A DNA stretch of 42,290 nucleotides from an uncultured bacterium (lineage in GTDB: Bacteria > Hydrogenedentota > Hydrogenedentia > Hydrogenedentales > JAEUWI01), in NCBI GenBank assembly GCA_963977445.1, contig CAXBPH010000020.1:1-42290 (forward strand). The letters run 5' to 3'. This document shows, one piece after another, positions 19,222 to 27,974 of the stretch. Every line of letters starts with the position of its first letter. Within the stretch, counting starts at the first letter, position 1. Below the pieces are notes generated by a model, which was not told the origin of the DNA, made no database searches, and saw only the letters and a program-made list of their open reading frames with translations. The position numbers and the translations under genes are program-made.

Positions 19222-19685
19222 CGACCGACGCCTTCACGATAGCGGGAAAAATGGCCCTGCCCTATCAGTATTTCGCCGGTGCCACGAGCAGTCGCTGTAT
19301 TGTCGCCCTGCGGGATGAAAAGAAGATCCTGGCGTCGCGCTGCGAGCGTAGCGACCGCACGGTGTTTCCCCCACGTCAGGTGTGCGACCTGACCTTTGAA
19401 GACCTTTCTGACAATTGGGTCGAAGTGAGCGACAGGGGCACCATAACGGGCTTTACCATCATTCGCTATGCCGAACCCTATCAGCCCATGGCCCCGCCCT
19501 ATGTGCTGGCTCTGATCAGGCTCGATGGATCGGACGCGACCTTAACCCATATTGTACATAGCGAAGATATTGAAACCGTGGCCATCGGCCAACGGGTCAA
19601 TGCTGTTTTTGCCGAGACACCTGTAAATAACATTCTGGCCATCCGTCATTTTTGCTGCGTGCCAACGGATAGTGATAGCCCCTAG
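19218..19685 (+). CDS. DUF35/ChsH2-like OB-fold protein (second paralog)
   Basis: YQYFAG, LRDEKKILASRC..PPRQVC, WVEVSDRGTI, PYVLALIRLDG, IGQRVNAVF. ATGA coupling. Confidence 0.85.
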   Translation: MTTDAFTIAGKMALPYQYFAGATSSRCIVALRDEKKILASRCERSDRTVFPPRQVCDLTFEDLSDNWVEVSDRGTITGFTIIRYAEPYQPMAPPYVLALIRLDGSDATLTHIVHSEDIETVAIGQRVNAVFAETPVNNILAIRHFCCVPTDSDSP

Positions 19686-19743
19686 AATTACTTCCGCCTG
19701 CGGGAACTGGAAGCCTGAAACGTGACCTGAAAAAGGAGAGAAC

Positions 19744-20520
19744 GTGAAAATAGTAGTACTTATGAAGCGCGTGCCCGATACGGCATCGGTGTTTCAGATT
19801 AACGACGCGAAAAACGGTGTCGATACGAGCCGTCTCAAATATGTCATGAGTCCCTATGACGAACATGCGGTCCAGGAAGCGGTCAATCTCAAGGCGGGCG
19901 GCGACGGTGAAATCGTGGTGGTAACCCTCGGAACGCCCGAGGACAAAGAGAAGCTCCTGACGGCCCTGGCCATGGGCGCGGACCGGGCGGTATTGATTAC
20001 GGACGAGCACATCGACACCCTGGGCCATCGCGGTATTGCAGAAGCCCTGGCGGCGGTGGTGCGCGAGGAAAACGCCGACGTGGTCTTCGCCGGAAAGCAG
20101 GCGGTGGATGACGATGGTGCTCAGATTCCCGAGCGGGTCGCCGAAGTCCTGGGCTGGTCCCACGCGTCGGTGATTACGCGGTTTGCTCTCAATGGCACAA
20201 CGGCCACGGTGGACCGGGAAATCGAAGGGGCGCTTTTGACCCTGGAGGTACCCCTCCCCGCCGTGTTTACCGCAGAAAAAGGCATTAACAAGCCCGACTA
20301 CCCCAAGCTCCCCAATATCATGAAGGCCAAGAAGAAGCCCATGGTAGAAAAGACCCTGGCGGACCTGGGCCTCGCTGCCGCAGACCTGGCCAGCAAGGTC
20401 GCGGTGATACAGATGGACCTTCCCCGTCAGGAGCGGCTAAACAAGCTCCTGGAAGGCGACAGTAACGCCCAGGTGGCCGAATTGGTCCGGGTCTTAAAAG
20501 AAGACGAAAAAGCTCTCTAG
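19744..20520 (+). CDS. etfB: electron transfer flavoprotein beta subunit
   Basis: MKIVVLMKRVPDT, SPYDEHAVQEA, ALAMGADRA, AGKQAVDDD. AGGAG RBS before the GTG start. Confidence 0.95.
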   Translation: MKIVVLMKRVPDTASVFQINDAKNGVDTSRLKYVMSPYDEHAVQEAVNLKAGGDGEIVVVTLGTPEDKEKLLTALAMGADRAVLITDEHIDTLGHRGIAEALAAVVREENADVVFAGKQAVDDDGAQIPERVAEVLGWSHASVITRFALNGTTATVDREIEGALLTLEVPLPAVFTAEKGINKPDYPKLPNIMKAKKKPMVEKTLADLGLAAADLASKVAVIQMDLPRQERLNKLLEGDSNAQVAELVRVLKEDEKAL

Positions 20521-20568
20521 TCTACGACGTTTCCGACCCCTGTGGTCGATTTTCATAAGGATATTTCA

Positions 20569-21531
20569 ATGAGTGTATTGGTTTTACTGGAACAACGGGG
20601 CACCCTGAAGCCGACCGCCCTGGAAGCGGCCACGGTGGCCTCCGCCATCGCCCGAGACGCCGGTCTGGAACTCCACGGGGTCTATATCGGTCAGGCCTTG
20701 TCTGAACAGGTGCAGGAACTCAGCGGCCTGGGCATCAAGACGGTTTATGCCTATGAAAACGCCGCGTTGGGACATTATTCCAACGATGCCTACGTGCCCA
20801 TCGTCCGTGATTTGGCACAGGAGCTGGGCGCAACGATCATCATCGGATCGGCCTCCGCTCAGGGCAAGGAGCTTTGTGCTTCCGTGGCCGCACGACTTGG
20901 TGTCGAGCTGGTGCAGGATGCCACCGCCTGTCGTTGGGACGGCGCACTCCATGCCACCAAACCCGTCTATGGGGGTAAGGTCGTCTCGGACGTGGTCATC
21001 AACGACAGCCCGGCCATGGTCACCCTGCGGCCCAACGTAACGGCCATTGCCCGTGTGGGTGATGACACGCCGGCGGTTGTGCAGCGGGACATGCCCGCCC
21101 TTTCTCTCCGCACGGTGCTTAAAGAGGCGGCCGAGGCGGCGATGGGATGCGTCGATCTCACGGAGGCCAAGATTGTGGTCTCCGCCGGTCGGGGCGTCGG
21201 TGTTCCGGAACATTTACCTGTGGTGGAAAACCTGGCAAAGGCCATGGGTGCCGCCTTTGGTGCGAGCCGTGCCGTGGTGGATGCGGGTTGGATACATCAC
21301 TCCCATCAGGTCGGTCAGACGGGCAAAGTGGTGAGTCCCGATGTCTACGTGGCCTGTGGCATCTCCGGTGCGATTCAACACCAGGCCGGCATGCGGACCT
21401 CGCGGGTCATCGTGGCGATCAACAAAGATCCCCAGGCCAATATCTTTAAGATATGCGACTATGGCATCGTGGGTGATTTGTTTGAGATTTGTCCCCTCTT
21501 GACGGAAGCCGTGAAGCAGGCCCGGGGATAA
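20569..21531 (+). CDS. etfA: electron transfer flavoprotein alpha subunit
   Basis: VSAGRGVG, GASRAVVDAGW, QVGQTGKVVSP, GISGAIQHQAG, AINKDP. Start at ATG 20569. Confidence 0.95.
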   Translation: MSVLVLLEQRGTLKPTALEAATVASAIARDAGLELHGVYIGQALSEQVQELSGLGIKTVYAYENAALGHYSNDAYVPIVRDLAQELGATIIIGSASAQGKELCASVAARLGVELVQDATACRWDGALHATKPVYGGKVVSDVVINDSPAMVTLRPNVTAIARVGDDTPAVVQRDMPALSLRTVLKEAAEAAMGCVDLTEAKIVVSAGRGVGVPEHLPVVENLAKAMGAAFGASRAVVDAGWIHHSHQVGQTGKVVSPDVYVACGISGAIQHQAGMRTSRVIVAINKDPQANIFKICDYGIVGDLFEICPLLTEAVKQARG

Positions 21532-21554
21532 TCGTATCGCGTTAATAGATTTAA

Positions 21555-21705
21555 AACCACGAATGGACACGAATTTTCACGAATAATTAGAAACCTCATG
21601 TCCAACAAGATTTTCCACCAATACCTTATAGGGTATCATTATTTCAAATATCCCAAAGCGTCGATACGGTATTTTATTCGTGTAAATTCGTGTCCATTCG
21701 TGGTT
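21555..21705. repeat. 32-bp inverted repeat built from CACGAAT units (REP-like) enclosing an AT-rich spacer
   Basis: AACCACGAATGGACACGAATTTTCACGAATAA (21555-21586) versus TTATTCGTGTAAATTCGTGTCCATTCGTGGTT (21674-21705): reverse complements with one mismatch. Confidence 0.85.
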
Positions 21706-21746
21706 AAGCATTTACTCTCTATCCAACCCAGAAAACCAGGAATTCG

Positions 21747-23747
21747 ATGAGCGCTCTTGTCCTTTTCATATTGATTGTCGCGGCCCATGCGATCTTTTTT
21801 CATCGCTTGTGGCAGGTCTACCGCTGGGTTAATCTGGGACAGGGCACGCTGGGCCTCGATGCCCTCCCCCGCCGCATCGCCGATTTGGCGGTTAAGGGAT
21901 TCGGACAAAAGCTCGTCTTGCGGAAACCTTCGGGCCTGGGTCATGCGTTCATCTTCTGGGGCTTCTTCGTGTTGACCTTTGGCACCCTCGAAGGATTGGT
22001 CAGTGGACTCTATGCACCCTTTTCCTTTGCCTTTCTGGGGCCGATCTATTGGTTCATGAACACCTCCCAGGATTTTATCGGTGCCCTCGTCCTCGTGGCG
22101 CTGGCGGCGGCCTTGTGGCGACGCCTGGTCACCAAACCCAAACGGCTGGAAGGGCCACTTTCTCATACGGTAGACGCGCTGGTCATCCTGGAACTTATCG
22201 CTGTCCTGATTGTCGCGTTTTACGCCCTTCAGGTGTTGGCACCGAAGCCCGGATTTACGCCCATTGCCGATACACTCCGCGCGATGACTCTGGGGAACGG
22301 CCCCACCGGTAAGGCGGCCTACCCGATGGCCTATGGTGCATTTCATTGGCTGCACAACCTGGTGGTGCTGGGCTTCCTCGCCTATATCCCCTATTCCAAG
22401 CACCTTCATGTGGTCACCGCGTTGCCCAACCTCTTTTTTCGCGAAGAACGCATCAAAGGACGCATTCCCAATCTGAATCTGGAAGATGAAAACGCCGAGC
22501 AGTTTGGCATTCTAAAAATCACCGACTTCACGGCGAAGGAACTCCTGGACCTGACCGCCTGCACCGAATGCGGCCGTTGTCAGGAGGCGTGCCCCGCCTA
22601 CAATACCGGGAAGCCCCTGAGCCCTAAGAAGGTCGTGTTGGACCTGAAAGCCCACCTCTTTCGCGAAGGGCCTGCCTTGTTGAAGGACGGCACGGCAGAA
22701 CCGAAAGAAGCACTCTTTGGCGATGTCATCACGGAGGACGTGCTGTGGTCCTGCACGTCGTGCTTCGCCTGTGAAGAGGCGTGTCCCGTGGAAATTCAGC
22801 CCATGAGCAAGTTGCTGGGCATCCGCCAGGGGCGGGTCTTGATGGAAGGTGATTTCCCCGAAGAAGCCCAGGGGGCCCTCCGCAATGTGGAGACCCAGTC
22901 CAACCCCTGGGGCCTCCCCCAGAGCGAGCGGGGCGATTGGGCGAAAGACGCCGGTGTAAAAACCCTGGCGGAAGATGCCGATGTGGAGTACCTGTTTTTC
23001 GTCGGGTGCGCGGGGTCCTATGACCAGCGCTACCAGAAGGTGACCGTCGCCTTCTCCAAGCTGCTCCAGGCGGCGGGCGTGAAGTTTGGCATCCTCGGCG
23101 AAGAAGAGTGTTGCACCGGCGACAGTGCCAAGCGCATCGGCAATGAAATGCTGGCTCAGGAACTGGCCACGCAAAATGTGGAGACCATGAACGCCTATGG
23201 TGTGAAAAAGATTGTGACGGCCTGTCCCCACTGCTTTAACAGCATCAAGAGCGAGTTCCCCCAGGTGGGCGGCGACTACGAGGTCATCCACCACACGGAA
23301 CTGCTGCAAGACCTCATTAAAACTGGCAAATTGGTGCCCAAGAAACCCGAGCTCAACGCCGCAGCGGCCACCTATCATGACAGCTGCTATCTCGCGCGCT
23401 ACAACGGCGTGACGGAAGCCCCCCGCGCGCTCGTGGATGCCGCCCTGGGCGCAGAAGCCACAGAGATGCCCCGCAATAAGGAAAACAGTTTCTGCTGTGG
23501 GGCCGGCGGCGGTCGCATGTGGATGGAAGAGACCATCGGCAAAAAGGTTAACGTGGAACGTGCCCAGGAAGCCCTGGCCACCGGCGCGAAGACGGTGGCA
23601 ACTGCGTGTCCCTTTTGCATGACCATGATGACGGACGGGGTGAAAGCCGAGGGCCACGACGATGTGGCGGTGAAGGATGTGGCGGAGTTGCTTGCGGAGT
23701 CGATGGGGCTGTCGGGACTGCCTCGCGCTGGGACACCGTTGCGGTAG
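21747..23747 (+). CDS. membrane-bound Fe-S oxidoreductase (FadF / ETF:menaquinone oxidoreductase-like: TM domain, two 4Fe-4S motifs, two CCG domains)
   Basis: TM helices with His residues (GLGHAFIFWGF, WLHNL, PYSKHLH). CTECGRCQEACP and CTSCFACEEACP, then FVGC, CCTG, TACPHC, YHDSC, CCGAGGG, ACPFC. Confidence 0.9.
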   Translation: MSALVLFILIVAAHAIFFHRLWQVYRWVNLGQGTLGLDALPRRIADLAVKGFGQKLVLRKPSGLGHAFIFWGFFVLTFGTLEGLVSGLYAPFSFAFLGPIYWFMNTSQDFIGALVLVALAAALWRRLVTKPKRLEGPLSHTVDALVILELIAVLIVAFYALQVLAPKPGFTPIADTLRAMTLGNGPTGKAAYPMAYGAFHWLHNLVVLGFLAYIPYSKHLHVVTALPNLFFREERIKGRIPNLNLEDENAEQFGILKITDFTAKELLDLTACTECGRCQEACPAYNTGKPLSPKKVVLDLKAHLFREGPALLKDGTAEPKEALFGDVITEDVLWSCTSCFACEEACPVEIQPMSKLLGIRQGRVLMEGDFPEEAQGALRNVETQSNPWGLPQSERGDWAKDAGVKTLAEDADVEYLFFVGCAGSYDQRYQKVTVAFSKLLQAAGVKFGILGEEECCTGDSAKRIGNEMLAQELATQNVETMNAYGVKKIVTACPHCFNSIKSEFPQVGGDYEVIHHTELLQDLIKTGKLVPKKPELNAAAATYHDSCYLARYNGVTEAPRALVDAALGAEATEMPRNKENSFCCGAGGGRMWMEETIGKKVNVERAQEALATGAKTVATACPFCMTMMTDGVKAEGHDDVAVKDVAELLAESMGLSGLPRAGTPLR

Positions 23748-23806
23748 CCCGAAGCACGGTGCGTTCAAGACCGCTTTCTGCATACCACATAGCCGTTGAT
23801 GCGTGG

Positions 23807-24074
23807 GGCTGTACCGGCAGTATGTGGTGGCTCAGGCCAGCGTCGAATACCAGGAGGGTGCCACCTATACAGACGGGAGGTACGAGCGGCTTTATGGGTG
23901 CCGCGTTAGCGAGACAACTCTACACCCACAAACTCCCCCGCTGCGCTTCCGCCACGGCGCACGTTCCGCCCCCGTGTGTAGGTGGAACCCGCTTCGTTTT
24001 CTTTTGAGACGTATAATGCACCAGCTCGTCGTAAGCACCCTGGCCTGTGGCAACGACGTACTGCCGGTACAGCC
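23807..24074. mobile_element. MITE / internally deleted IS with 16-bp perfect terminal inverted repeats
   Basis: GGCTGTACCGGCAGTA (23807-23822) and TACTGCCGGTACAGCC (24059-24074). Imperfect complementarity continues inward (CAGGCCAG/CTGGCCTG). No transposase, and no target-site duplication evident. Confidence 0.7.
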
Positions 24075-24108
24075 ACCGTTCCGTCTGGGACGTAACGGAT
24101 GGCAGTCC

Positions 24109-25575
24109 CTATGCGAATGTCTCCCACTTCTCCGTGTTCTGCGGCGTGTAGTGCTCCAAGTCGAAGCTGTCGCCGATGACCTTGCGCACGTCCGCAAGCG
24201 AACCCAATGCACCCACAGCCATCGCCTGCACGCCTATATTTCCCAGCACGGTGGCCTCGACGGGGCCCGTGACCACGGGGACGCCACAGGCATCGGCGGT
24301 CATCTGGTTGAGCAGCTTGTTTTGCGTACCACCGCCAATGATGTGGAGCACTTTGGTTTTGCGGCCGAGGGTATCGTCGAGGGCATTGAGGGTCTGGCGG
24401 TATTTCAGGGCCAGGCTCTCCAGGGCACAGCGGATGATTTGGCCGTGGGATTCGGGCACCGGCTGGCCTGTTTCGCGGCAGATTTCCTGGATGAGGCTGG
24501 GCATGTCGTCGGGCGCGAAGAGCCGTGGGTCGTCGAGATTGATGATGGAGCGGAAGGCTTCGCACTCGGACGCGTCTTGCGTGATGGCACCGTAGTCGAG
24601 CTTGGAGCCTTCCTGACGCTCCCAGGAACGGCGGCATTCCTGCACAAGCCAGAGTCCGAAGATATTCTTGAGGAAACGAATTTTACCGCCCACGCCCCCT
24701 TCGTTGGTGAAGTCCTGGGCCATGCTGGCGTCGTTGATGCAGGGTTCATCGAGTTCGGCCCCGAGAAGGGACCAGGTGCCGCTGGAAAGGTAGGACCAGT
24801 TGGTGCTCTCTCCGGAAACGGGCACGGCGACGACGGCCGAGGCCGTGTCGTGGGTACCGGGTGCGATAACGGGTGTATTGGGATTAATCCCCGTGAGCTC
24901 GGCCACATCGGCGAGGATGGGCCCGAGGTTCGTTCCCGGGGGCACGGGGTCGGAGAGGATTTCCCGGGGGATGCCCAGGCGCTTGATGAGGTCGTCATTC
25001 CACGTGCGGGTGTGGGGATCGAGGAGCTGGGTCGTGGAGGCATTGGTGTATTCGCAGGCTTTTTTACCGCAGAGGAGGTAGGCCAGCAAGTCGCCCATGA
25101 GCAGGAGGTCTTTCGCGGCGGCCAGCTGGGGCGATTTTGCCTCGACCAGGGCCAGCAACTGAAAACTCGTGTTGAAGGGGAGGAATTGAATCCCCGTGGA
25201 CTTATAAATCTCTTCTTTCGGCACCTTGGCGTAGGCGGCTTCAAACATGCCTTCCGTGCGCTTGTCCCGGTAGTGTACCGGGTTGGCCAGGACGTGGCCT
25301 TCGCTGTCCAGCAGTCCAAAATCGACGCCCCAGGTATCGATGGCGATGGCGTCGATATCGGCGGTGTATTCGCGGGCGCATTTGGACATGCCGGTGATCA
25401 TCTCTTCGTAGATGCGGGCAAGGTCCCATTGGCGGCGGCCCAGCATAATCAAGCCTTCGGTGCGGAAGCGGTGAATCTCTTCCAGCGTGATTTTACCGCC
25501 TTCCAGGGTGCCCAATACGGCGCGGCCACTCTCTGCACCCAAATCAAAAGCCAAGAAACGATACACGTCTTTCAT
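24109..25575 (-). CDS. rhaB: rhamnulokinase (FGGY family)
   Basis: FLAFDLGAESGRA, IDTWGVDFGLLD, HYRD.RT, TGIQF..FNT, HDTASAV, SSGTWSLLG.E, TNEGG, GGGTQN, GPVEAT.LGN. Confidence 0.9.
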   Translation of the reverse strand: MKDVYRFLAFDLGAESGRAVLGTLEGGKITLEEIHRFRTEGLIMLGRRQWDLARIYEEMITGMSKCAREYTADIDAIAIDTWGVDFGLLDSEGHVLANPVHYRDKRTEGMFEAAYAKVPKEEIYKSTGIQFLPFNTSFQLLALVEAKSPQLAAAKDLLLMGDLLAYLLCGKKACEYTNASTTQLLDPHTRTWNDDLIKRLGIPREILSDPVPPGTNLGPILADVAELTGINPNTPVIAPGTHDTASAVVAVPVSGESTNWSYLSSGTWSLLGAELDEPCINDASMAQDFTNEGGVGGKIRFLKNIFGLWLVQECRRSWERQEGSKLDYGAITQDASECEAFRSIINLDDPRLFAPDDMPSLIQEICRETGQPVPESHGQIIRCALESLALKYRQTLNALDDTLGRKTKVLHIIGGGTQNKLLNQMTADACGVPVVTGPVEATVLGNIGVQAMAVGALGSLADVRKVIGDSFDLEHYTPQNTEKWETFA

Positions 25576-25728
25576 CGAAAATTCCTGTGGGGTTTGTTAC
25601 TCTCTCTCCGCTGGCGATAAAAAGACAGCGCTTGCGTCAAAACACGCGGGCGCTATGATAACACGAAGGGCAGCCTTGCGGGAAAAGGAACGTGGTGTTT
25701 CCTTGACAATCTCGGTTCAAGAGACCAC

Positions 25729-27027
25729 CTAAAACTGGAGGGATTTCGCGCCAACGTTGTCGATGAGGTATTGTCGCCCCTCCCCTGCTGCGTAGATGGA
25801 GCCGGTAATCAGGACCGGGCAGTCTTCACGTCCGTGGGCGAGGCCGTGGGTGATGGCGGCCTGTAGCCGATCGAATTGCTCGAAGGTCCCCGATTCCAAA
25901 TGGGCCGCGAGATCGCCTACCGGGGTCGAGCGCTTGCCCTCGAATTGGGTCACGATGAGTCGTCGGGCAATGGGCTGGAGGGCCGCGAGCATTCCCGCCG
26001 CATCTTTATCGGAGGAGGCGGCAAAGACCACGACACAGTCTTCAAACACTTCCGCGAGCCGTTGAGCACCGGCGACGTTGTGGGCCACATCGATGAATAC
26101 GGGTGGTTCGTCGAGCACTTTTTCGAGTCGACAGGGCCAGGCGGCAGTGCGCAGCCCCCCTGCAATGGCGTCTGCAGTGAGCTTTGGAAAGGTGGCCATG
26201 AGGGTCTCCGCCACACCGACGGCGACGGCGGCATTCGCGCCCTGGTAGCGTCCTGGCAGGCCCAGGGGCACGTCCTGAAAATCCAGGGTGGATCCCGTGT
26301 ACGTCAGACGCTGTTGCCAGGCGCTCCCGGAGAGCTCGAAGGTAATATCGCTCCCCACGCGAATCAGGGGAGCCCCTTCTTCCTCCGCACGACGTCGAAA
26401 TACGTCAAGGGCTTCGGGTTGTGTTTCAGCGGTAACCACGGGCACACCGGGCTTGATAATACCGGCTTTTTCAAAGGCTATTTTGGCGATGGTGTCGCCC
26501 AGAAAGGCGGTGTGTTCCAAGGCAATGTTGGTGATGGCTGTCGCGACGGGTACCACCACATTGGTGCTGTCGAAGCGCCCTCCCATCCCCACTTCGATGA
26601 GGGCGATATCGACCTTCTGCTGGGCGAAGTAGCGAAAAGCGATGGCCGTGTTCATTTCGAAGAAGGTTGGGCACTGGGCCATGCCCTGGGCGACTTGTTG
26701 AAAGAAAAGAATATTTTCTTCCAGGTCCTCTTCGGCTATGGCCACGCCATCGATGAGAAAGCGCTCGGATACGTCAATGAGATGGGGACTCGTGAAGCGT
26801 CCCACGCGATAGCCTGAACCCGTCAACATAGCGGAGAGCATGGCAACCACGCTCCCCTTCCCATTGGTCCCCCCCACGTGGACGGTGGGATAGGCCAGAT
26901 GGGGCGCATCGGCAGCACGAAGAAGGGCCTGGATATTATCCAGGCCCAGCTTAATTCCGTGCAGGGTCAAATCAAAGAGGTACTGTCGCAGGGGGGTATG
27001 CGGGCGTACCGGATTGGATAGGTTCAT
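25729..27027 (-). CDS. folC: folylpolyglutamate synthase/dihydrofolate synthase
   Basis: VGGTNGKGS, FTSPHL, TFFE, EVGMGGRFDSTN, EKAGIIK, IDVAHN, TGSIY. Confidence 0.96.
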   Translation of the reverse strand: MNLSNPVRPHTPLRQYLFDLTLHGIKLGLDNIQALLRAADAPHLAYPTVHVGGTNGKGSVVAMLSAMLTGSGYRVGRFTSPHLIDVSERFLIDGVAIAEEDLEENILFFQQVAQGMAQCPTFFEMNTAIAFRYFAQQKVDIALIEVGMGGRFDSTNVVVPVATAITNIALEHTAFLGDTIAKIAFEKAGIIKPGVPVVTAETQPEALDVFRRRAEEEGAPLIRVGSDITFELSGSAWQQRLTYTGSTLDFQDVPLGLPGRYQGANAAVAVGVAETLMATFPKLTADAIAGGLRTAAWPCRLEKVLDEPPVFIDVAHNVAGAQRLAEVFEDCVVVFAASSDKDAAGMLAALQPIARRLIVTQFEGKRSTPVGDLAAHLESGTFEQFDRLQAAITHGLAHGREDCPVLITGSIYAAGEGRQYLIDNVGAKSLQF

Positions 27028-27971
27028 GCGTCTGCTTCGGTCTCCACGCCCGCTTCTGCCATTTCTGGCTCTGCCACGACGGGCTCTTCCACCTTGGGAG
27101 GCGTATAGTTTTCCCGATCTTTCGCAGCATGGGGCGCGAGATACAGGAGGAGTTTGGCGAGATGGGCTCTCATGTCCGTGCGGGCCACGATGTGGTCTAC
27201 AAAGCCATTTTCCTGCTGATATTCCGCGCGCTGAAAGCCATCGGGCAGTTTAATCTTGAAGGCACCTTCGATAAGTCGCGCGCCGGCAAAACCAATGTAG
27301 GCTTTGGGCTCGGCGATAGTAATATCGCCCAAGTTGGCGAAACTCGCGAAGACGCCGCCCGATGTCGGGTCGGTCTGTATGACGATATAGGGCAAACCGG
27401 CTTCGTTGATCTGGCGCACGGCATCGGCAGTTTTGGCCATCTGCATGAGGGCTAGAATGCCTTCCTGCATGCGGGCACCACCGGAGGCGGCAAACATGAT
27501 TAGCGGTACTTCCTGGGCGATAGCATCTTTTATGACGCGGCAAAATTTTTCGCCCACGGCGGAACCCATACTCGCCATCACAAAGGCAGAATCCATACAG
27601 CCGATAGCACAGCGAACGCCTTCAATGCGGCCCATGCCGGTGACAAGCGCCTCATTAAGTCCAGATTGCTCACGGGCGCGGCCAATACGTTCTGCATAGG
27701 TTTCTTTACCTACGGTAAACTGCAGCGGATCGCCCGCCGTGATGTTGGCATGGGTCTCTTCAAAACTATCGGTATCAACAAGTATTGCAATCCGATCACG
27801 TGCTCCAATGCGATAATGGTGTGCGCAATGGGGACAGACCTGCATATTCTCATCGATGTCCGATTGGTAGACCGTTTGCTTACACCCATCACACTTTTTC
27901 CAGAGACCATCGGGAACGGTGCTCTGGGTGCGTTTTTTTCGTCCAAAGGGGGTGCGTTTGAAAAAAGCCAC
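27024..27971 (-). CDS. accD: acetyl-CoA carboxylase carboxyltransferase beta subunit
   Basis: PDGLWKKCDGC..CPHC zinc finger, SMGSAVGEK, SGGARMQEG..LMQMAKT, DPTSGGVFASFA.LGD, FQRAEY. Confidence 0.96.
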   Translation of the reverse strand: MAFFKRTPFGRKKRTQSTVPDGLWKKCDGCKQTVYQSDIDENMQVCPHCAHHYRIGARDRIAILVDTDSFEETHANITAGDPLQFTVGKETYAERIGRAREQSGLNEALVTGMGRIEGVRCAIGCMDSAFVMASMGSAVGEKFCRVIKDAIAQEVPLIMFAASGGARMQEGILALMQMAKTADAVRQINEAGLPYIVIQTDPTSGGVFASFANLGDITIAEPKAYIGFAGARLIEGAFKIKLPDGFQRAEYQQENGFVDHIVARTDMRAHLAKLLLYLAPHAAKDRENYTPPKVEEPVVAEPEMAEAGVETEADA

Positions 27972-27974
27972 GGG

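Noticed and set aside
19744..21531. Electron-bifurcating Etf
   Set aside because: EtfB reads GKQAVDDDGAQIP, not the DGDT(A/G)QVGP NADH/FAD motif, so a canonical non-bifurcating ETF is more likely.
21555..21705. Possible CRISPR array (also considered for 2151-2364)
   Set aside because: The repeats are inverted or only duplicated, with no regular unique spacers and no cas genes.
23803..25620. 605-aa plus-strand ORF
   Set aside because: Antisense to rhaB and running through the MITE. No motifs; typical high-GC shadow ORF.
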